A stretch of 64,000 bases of DNA, from positions 402,876,001-402,940,000 of the forward strand of contig OZ024740.1 of NCBI GenBank assembly GCA_964016885.1, read 5' to 3'. A program made the translations under genes and the position numbers. This DNA comes from Eledone cirrhosa (lineage: Eukaryota). The notes beneath the pieces are model-generated. The model did no database searches. It saw nothing but the letters and a program-made list of their open reading frames with translations, and was not told the DNA's origin. Positions 56,182-64,000 of this stretch are shown in pieces; position 1 is the first letter of the stretch, and every line of letters begins with the position of its first letter.

Positions 56182-57101
56182 TATACAGGTGTGCTTGCGT
56201 GTACCTCTTTTATTTTGTACACAGACACACAGGCCTAATAAAAGAACAAATATATATATAGATAAGAAGAAAAGTGACTTCTAATTTCGAGGTAGGAGTA
56301 AAATGTCTTCCATGCACTGCTGGATAAGAATACATTTACGGACTACAAAAGACACCCATCTCTACTACTGTTGCTAACTTATCCTACTTCTCTATGCTAC
56401 TTTATCTAAACTATTCTGAAAATCTTCATACTTAACTACATACCGACACACTTTCTTCCGTCATTTATTGTATTTTATATATATTTGTATATTTTAATCT
56501 CTTGCATTTTTTCTTTTCTTTTCGAATATCTTTCACCCTATTGTCCACTGTACAGCAACAACTAACAACAGAAAAAGGCAACAAACATCAAATATATGTG
56601 AGAGATAATCTTCAGGACGGTCAGTAACTAAGTCTGGTTGTAGTACCTTCTTCAATCAACACAAACACTAAATTCCCATAAATCTTCTGTGATCTGACAG
56701 AATACACGTGAGTATCTAACATATAATCCCATGGAAACAACTACGACTGGCTGTTTGATGAGCGGTTAAGTAAACTGACTGTGTATTGTACAAGATATGA
56801 GCAAGATAAGTATACAACAAAACACAATGCCTCGTAGCGGTTTTATTTCTTTTTAATGGATTTATTAGATTAGTGTTTATAAATGAGACAATTCCATTAG
56901 ACTTCTTGTTTGGAATCCATGTTCTATTTATTCTAATATATATTTTCTTATTTTATAACTGTTGCTCATTCCTTCTAAATGATTTGCTATCACCTGTGTT
57001 TTGATGTTTATGTGTTATATATATATAACTAGCAGTGAAACCCATGCTAGTCCCGTCAACTTATTATATATATTTATGTATATACATATATATATATATA
57101 A

Positions 57102-57144
<43 letters not shown>

Positions 57145-57332
57145 ATAAATGTAATCTGAGTTTTTCGAATATTAATAATAACATTCGATTCGTTTGCAAT
57201 TATACAAACAAGCCTCAATTTTATAGTCATGTCAGTAGAATGAACCCTTCATTCTTGCTCTTGTGTTGGCATGTTCACATGGACTGAGTGCTCTACCACT
57301 ACGGATATTACCTTCCAGTGTTGTACCTCTCG

Positions 57333-57412
<80 letters not shown>

Positions 57413-57536
57413 GTGATACTGGGTTCGTTTCCTCGTAGCGGGCGATGGCAACGTATTTTTCCGTCTTTAAGCGTCTATTTCATAAGCTATTTTATAACAT
57501 ATCCACGCATGAACACATCAATCTTTATACTATATG

Positions 57537-57708
<172 letters not shown>

Positions 57709-57709
57709 T

Positions 57710-59040
57710 GTTCACTTCAAAACGATGGCAACCATCTTAAACCAGACTTCTCCAACCAGATCTACTGTTGTCTTCCCTATCTTCAACACTAATACCAAGC
57801 GACTTCAGGTTGTCTTTGACAACATCCCTGAAGCCTTTCTTGGGTTTGTGTCTGGGGCGTTTACCAAGAGTTAACTCTCCATACCAAATTGGCTTAGGCA
57901 ACATCCCATCTCCTATTCGCCTTAATTGCCTTGTCCAACGCTGTTGGTTTCGAATGAGTAGTTTAAATATGTTGGATGTATTGGCCCGCTGGAGAACAAC
58001 GGTGTCAGGTGTTAATGTTCAAAATACGCCTTAGGCATTTTTGATGGAATTTTTTCAATGTCTTGATAAGTCGGCATGTAATCCAAGTCTCAGAAGAGTA
58101 CAATAGAGCAGTCAGGACACAGGTTCAGTAGACAATTATCTTAGTACCAAACGAGATGCCTATATCCAACGAAAAACTCGTCCCTCCAGCCTGTTGAAAT
58201 TTGTTGGAATTTTTGATTCTTAGTTGGAGTTCGGAGTTCAATAAACCATCTCTGGAGAGATAACTACCATGGTAGACAAATCTATTAACAACCTTCAGCT
58301 TCTGGCCTTGAATAAAATTTTGAGCTTGGCGGTTGCTCGTCTTTTCTGTGTTGCTTGTAAGCCCGAAATCAGTACATGCCCCAGAAAACAGGTCCATGAT
58401 TGCCTGCATATCATATCTTCCTTGATCAGAGAAACAAGGTCTGCATTTTTAGCATAGAACAACTCTCTGATGACAGACTGGTAAGTCTTTTATTTGGCCC
58501 TAAAGTGTGTCAAGTTAAAAACTTTACCCGTGGTTATTAATCACAGATACACACCGACTGCACAATTCTGAAATGCCTATCTGAGAGTTACGTCATAGAA
58601 GATGGAGAACAGAGTTGCTATTGGGATGTTTTCATGCTTAGCTCCATTTTTGCTGACTATAGTTTTCAGACAGAGAACGGTTGAAGTTAAGCCTCCATTT
58701 CATACCTCGGTGTAGTTGTTTGTACACTCTCACCAAACCCGTAGGTTATCCCACTTTAACAAGTATGGTCCACAGAGCATCACCATTCAGTGTGTCAAAA
58801 GCTTTACTGGGATCTACAAAATCCTGGTAGAGAGCCGTGTAAACATTTCTCCTGTAGCTGGTGTTCCAAGAAGATCATTTCCACTGTGCCCCTATCCAAG
58901 CTAAAGCCACATTGTGACTCCGGAACCTCTCGAGAGCAAACCAACATTGTAAGCCTATTAAGGAAAGGTTTTGCAAAAACTTTACCCACTGCTTCAAGAA
59001 GGCTTATTCCCCGACAGTTGTCACACCCCTATCCCATGAA
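57710..59040 (-). pseudogene. Decayed RTE-clade LINE (RT and 3' region)
   Basis: GKVFAKPFLNRL..PESQCGF..DRGTVEMIF..LQEKC; MQAIMDLFSGACTDFGLTSNTEKT..VNRFVYHGSYLS; many stops and frameshifts. Confidence 0.85.
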
Positions 59041-59179
59041 CAAGTAAACAAGGGTCGCATCAATCCGATCTTGCCGAAGCGGTGTACACTTTGACGCCAA
59101 CAAATTCGTGACCGACATCATGTTTGCAGATGACAACTCAATTTTTACCGACAATTACGCAGAAGCAACAGATGCTCTC

Positions 59180-59505
59180 GGAGGTGACAGGTTTGCGGTC
59201 GTACCCTTGGCATGGGAGACTTCTGGTGTCCTCGGCCCTAGGGCTAACTCCCTATTCACCACCAGGCACTGAGCTGGCCAGCCGCAGGTGTGAGTCTCGC
59301 GAGTTGAAATGGCTTTTTCAGCGCGTCTCCCTTGCCGTCCTCCGGGGAAACGCCTTCTCCATTCTGTCCGCCGGGGCTGTGGGGTGGCCACCAATATGAT
59401 TGACTGACTTGTCATTTTATCAGTCAACTGTTGCTGTCGTTAACATCTGTCAGTCTCTTTTACATATAATTTTGTATATGGCTTCAATTTGGTCAATAAA
59501 GTAAA
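59180..59505 (+). pseudogene. 3' end of a CRE-like (restriction-like endonuclease) non-LTR retrotransposon
   Basis: GDRFAVVPLAWETSGVLGP then (frameshift) WLFQRVSLAVLRGNAFSIL; AATAAA near 59496. Confidence 0.7.
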
Positions 59506-59581
59506 GTACCATGCAATTTCTGGAGTCAATTAAATCGTCTTTCCTCATGTTGCTGATCTTGAGCCTAAATTAGAAATCATT

Positions 59582-60292
59582 CGGTGGATTGGCAGTATCA
59601 GTAAAGGGTCGGACGCCATGCTTTCCAGCATAGTTACGTCCCTTTACGATCTGAGTTCAAATCCCGCTGAGGTTGACTTTGCCTTTCATCCTTACGGGGT
59701 CGATAAAATAAAGTACCAGTAATGCACTGGGTAATTGCTGGCCTTGTGCCTAAAGTAGAAACAATTATTATTCCCGCCGAGGTTAACATTGCCTTTCAAC
59801 CTTACGGGGTCGAGAAAATAAAGTACCAGTAATACTCTGGGTAATTGCTGGCCTTGTGCCAAAAGTAGAAACAATTATTATTCGGCCGTGGATTGGCAGT
59901 ATCGGTAGTGGGTCGGACGCCATGCTTTGAAGCATATAGTTACTTCCCTTTATTATCTGAGTTCAAATCCCGCCGAGGTTAACTTTGCCTTTCATCCTTA
60001 TGGGGTCGATAAAATAAAGTACCAGTAATGCACTGGAATAATTGCTGGCCTTGTGACAAAAATAGAAACAATTATTATTCGGCTCTTGGAAGACATAGTC
60101 TATGGAGTTTTGCTTTAAATGATTTACGGTATTTTAGTTACAACTTTCTACGTTCTGATTTGAAATCCCGCTGAGGTCAATTTTGCAATTCATCCTTCTG
60201 GGGTCGATAAAATAAAGTACCAGTTAAGTACTTGGGTTGATATAATCGACTTTACTCTTCTCCCAAGTTGGTGGCCTTGTGCATATATTAGA

Positions 60293-60295
<3 letters not shown>
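59582..60295 (+). mobile_element. Tandem array of SINE copies (two full, one 3' half, one older)
   Basis: Units about 59582-59770, 59773-59880, 59885-60080 and 60130-60295, joined by ATTATTATTC. Confidence 0.85.
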
Positions 60296-60325
<30 letters not shown>

Positions 60326-60332
60326 CAGCAGC

Positions 60333-60370
<38 letters not shown>

Positions 60371-60377
60371 CAGCAGC

Positions 60378-60442
<65 letters not shown>

Positions 60443-60512
60443 CAGCAGCAGCAATAGTAGTAGTAGTAGTAGTAGTAGTAGCAGCAGCAGTAGTGATAGT
60501 AGTAGCAGTAGT
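60295..60512. repeat. (AGT/AGC)n microsatellite
   Basis: Directly visible. Confidence 0.95.
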
Positions 60513-61174
60513 ATCATTAACGAAATCTGTCAAATATAATCAGTTAACTTCTATCCGCCTTTCCTTCAGAGACATGTCGACATCGCTGAGTGAAAGAAAA
60601 AAATAATAAAAACGACACCAAAAATAAAAAAAAACAACAAAAAACACTAACGTTATTCTCTCGCCATCACATGAAATATCCATTGCAAGTGAGAGATGCC
60701 AAGTGTCTAAACCAAATGAACTATTGGATTATGTTTTAAATATCAAGCAAGTTATTTATTCTTAAGTCATCAAGTATGAATGAATATATGAAATGATGTT
60801 GTAAAATGTTAATGCGTATATGTAAGCAAAGCCTGTAGGAACTTATTTTAAAGCCATCAACGATATATTTCACTATTTAAACCTAAATTGAAATTATTTT
60901 TATCGATGTATTTTATGAGCTTTTTCCATCATATTTACGGGATTAAATAAAAGGAATCGGATTTCACAAATTTTCCCGATTCAGCTGGAAATATTTAACT
61001 GAAGATTAGGGGATAAGGAGAGTAAAACAAATATAAAATATAGAGTAAATAAGAAAATAAAGAGCTAAAGTAAAAAGCGGTAGCTTACTTTTAAAAAAAC
61101 ATCCGGTAAAATTTGTAAGAAATATTAGGATACACTGTGAAAATGATCGGGGAATAAAAAAAATAAGAGAGCGG

Positions 61175-61270
<96 letters not shown>

Positions 61271-62293
61271 AGAGGAAGAGTGATATGGAAAGAGTGTGAA
61301 AAATAGAGTGTGCATGTGGAGGGGAAAAGTGAGAACTTTTGTTTCAGTATTATGTTCTTTCAGAAACCGGAAGTGTCAAGCCTTCAACATACATCTGGAT
61401 GTGGTTCCATAACTATACTTGTGTTAATGACGCTTTTTAGGTACATGATTGTGGTGTAGACTTGTACGAATCATTAACAAATACACTTAGCATTCATAAG
61501 ACCCCAAGTTCGATCTCATTGCGAGGATTCTTTGGCATGTTTCTTTCCCGATAGCCTCGGAAACACCAAAGCAATATCAATAAAATTCTCACGTGGCTAC
61601 TCTGATAATCTATGCCATGGTCACCGATTTAAGCATCCATAGAAAGACTTATGGCAATTGTTATATCCAAACATATTTCATATGCTATAGCATATACTTG
61701 TCTCAGTACCGAGTGAGTGAGCATCATTGATGGTGGCAAAATAATCCTGAAACACTGGAGTTCTCAAACGGTTGCTAAGAGAGCTGTAGAGATAAACTGT
61801 ACGTGTATATGCAGCTTCAACTGGTTATATCTAGATATTACATTACGGATTAAAATATCTGTAGAATACTAACCATTTATATCACAATTCTGTGGATACT
61901 TAGTTCAGTTCATGTTTTACTATTTTATTCTGGAGGGTGGGATTATGGCCTTGAACTTGGTGGGGCTCCAGGATCGGTTATGTCAATGCAGTAGGTGGCA
62001 ATTTTTAACAACTGCATGTCAAAGAAGTTAGGAATAGAAATGGGAAAGTGGAGATTTCAAGACAATTAACATTATGAGCAGGAAATAGTGAACATATACA
62101 ATACGTGTGACGATACATACACACACAAACTCACACATGCACACCCGCGGTTATATATATATACACACACACACACACATGCACACATATTGTCGGTCTA
62201 TTTTCATTCATATGTTCATATTCGCAACAACGCAGCACGCCATTTTTCATTTACATGTATATGTATATATATATATATAATATATATAATATA

Positions 62294-62384
<91 letters not shown>

Positions 62385-62404
62385 ATATTATATATATGTA
62401 TATA

Positions 62405-62437
<33 letters not shown>

Positions 62438-62469
62438 GTATATATATATATATTATATATATGTATATA

Positions 62470-62535
<66 letters not shown>

Positions 62536-62536
62536 T

Positions 62537-62612
<76 letters not shown>

Positions 62613-62653
62613 CGAAACATAAGTCAATTGCATGAACTCATAATCCTTTATTT

Positions 62654-62709
62654 ACTGCTATATATATTTCGATGATAGCCATTGAATGGCTATGACCTCA
62701 TCAGGCAGT
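62654..62709 (-). ncRNA. Type I hammerhead ribozyme in TA-flanked insert 62608-62772
   Basis: ACTGC-CTGATGA-GGTcATAGCCAT tca ATGGCTATcATC-GAAATATATATA|GCAGT. Confidence 0.8.
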
Positions 62710-62768
62710 TAGTCAGTTCTTAGATATGCCACCTCTGTGTTTATGGTATTAATGGTATCAGAGCCTTG

Positions 62769-62829
<61 letters not shown>

Positions 62830-62830
62830 T

Positions 62831-63820
62831 AGTAGAATAATCGAGTATCGAAAAATCGGCGCACGAGTTCACGATAAACAAAATTCGATATGAGCGGCAG
62901 AGTGCTCCATAATTTAAATAAATCAGAGCTATAACTATCGTTAAAATACCGTCACACACAGAACAAGTCTATAATCAACCGCACGATCGAAAATTTGCGA
63001 TCTGGAAGATTCGGGACACTCAGATAAAAAATCTCAATAAATCAATAAATTAAATGAATGTAAAAAGCATACCCGGACCCGCTAGGAAGATGTTAAATCT
63101 AGCTTCTTGGGTTTCTGTAAATCCTTAAACTGTTCTCTATCAGCTCACATAAAAATATATAAGACTTCTAGATATCAGCGGACAGGAAATTTACTTCTTC
63201 AACGAGCTTTGTCCAAACGAATGAAATGGCATAACCCAAGCTAAATACGCACATGGAATTCGGCAAGGGAGATAACCTCTACATCCGCGAAAACTATTCG
63301 GGAAAATGTGGAAATACACATATCGAATAAGAGTGCTCAATAGACATGTTAAAATAAACAGAAGCTATTCATCACTTAATAGAATAGACAAAAAATGAAC
63401 AATAAAATTAACTGGTCAATAGCTATGTCTAGAGCTAAATATAGTAGAATAATCGAGTATCGAAAAATCGGCGCACGAGTTCACGATAAACAAAATTCGA
63501 TATGAGCGGCAGAGTGCTCCATAATTTAGATAAATCAGAGCTATAACTATCGTTAAAATACCGTCACGCACAGAACAAGTCTATAATCAACCGCACGATC
63601 GAAAATTTGCGATCCGGAAGATTCGGGACACTCAGATAAAAAATCTCAATAAATCAATAAATTAAATGAATGTAAAAAGCATACCCGGACCCGCTAGGGT
63701 GATGTTAAATCTAGCTTCTTGGGTTTCTGTAAATCCTTAAACTGTTCTCTATCAGCTCACATAAAAATATATAAGACTTCTAGATATCAGCGGACAGGAA
63801 ATTTACTTCTTCAAAGAGAC
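62831..63820 (-). mobile_element. Non-coding partial tandem repeat, period 612 bp, hammerhead in each copy
   Basis: 62831-63202 is nearly identical to 63443-63814; TA-flanked; no ORF of 60 aa or more wholly inside. Confidence 0.85.
63071..63207 (-). ncRNA. Extended type I hammerhead (second copy 63683-63814)
   Basis: GCTCG-TTGAAGA-aGTAAATTT...GGATTTACa-GAAACCC..GCTAG..CTAGC-GGGTC|CGGGT. Confidence 0.7.
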
Positions 63821-63902
63821 ATATATATATATATATATAAAAGACGTAAAATAAGAAAATTTAAAAAAAATTTTAAAAAAAATTAACTTACTTAAATTTT
63901 CA

Positions 63903-63982
63903 CTCCAACTAATTAGTTTCTTCAATGGGATAAAGACAGTTACGTAATGAACTGTTGAGAATTTCATTGCGTCATCAGGGAG
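63903..63982 (-). ncRNA. Type I hammerhead ribozyme (family of 3491-3571)
   Basis: CTCC-CTGATGA-cgCAATG...CATTGaa-GAAACTAATTAGTT|GGAG. Confidence 0.75.
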
Positions 63983-64000
63983 ATCTATTCTCAGCCAAGT

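Overview
AT-rich, microsatellite-dense eukaryotic DNA. The repeat content (one abundant tRNA-derived SINE, very long (TA)n tracts) suggests a cephalopod such as Octopus, which is an inference. No intact host gene is visible, only one plausible 75-bp exon (725-799, minus). Almost all long ORFs in the track are microsatellite artefacts. The real coding remnants are three Penelope-like element (PLE) fragments (14750-15420, 45774-46730, 51320-52735) and RTE, L1/Tx1 and CRE-type non-LTR fragments. The main signal is that the (TA)n tracts are packed with short non-coding inserts from about 14 or more distinct sequence families. Most are fold-back or tandem duplicated, and most carry a hand-foldable type I hammerhead ribozyme (CUGANGA...GAAA...NUH, U3:A8 and other core variants, palindromic stem III loops). 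Two of these motifs lie in the inverted pseudo-LTRs of RT-encoding PLEs. This points to a (TA)n-targeting PLE/retrozyme-like community. All folds and family names were derived by eye without database searches.
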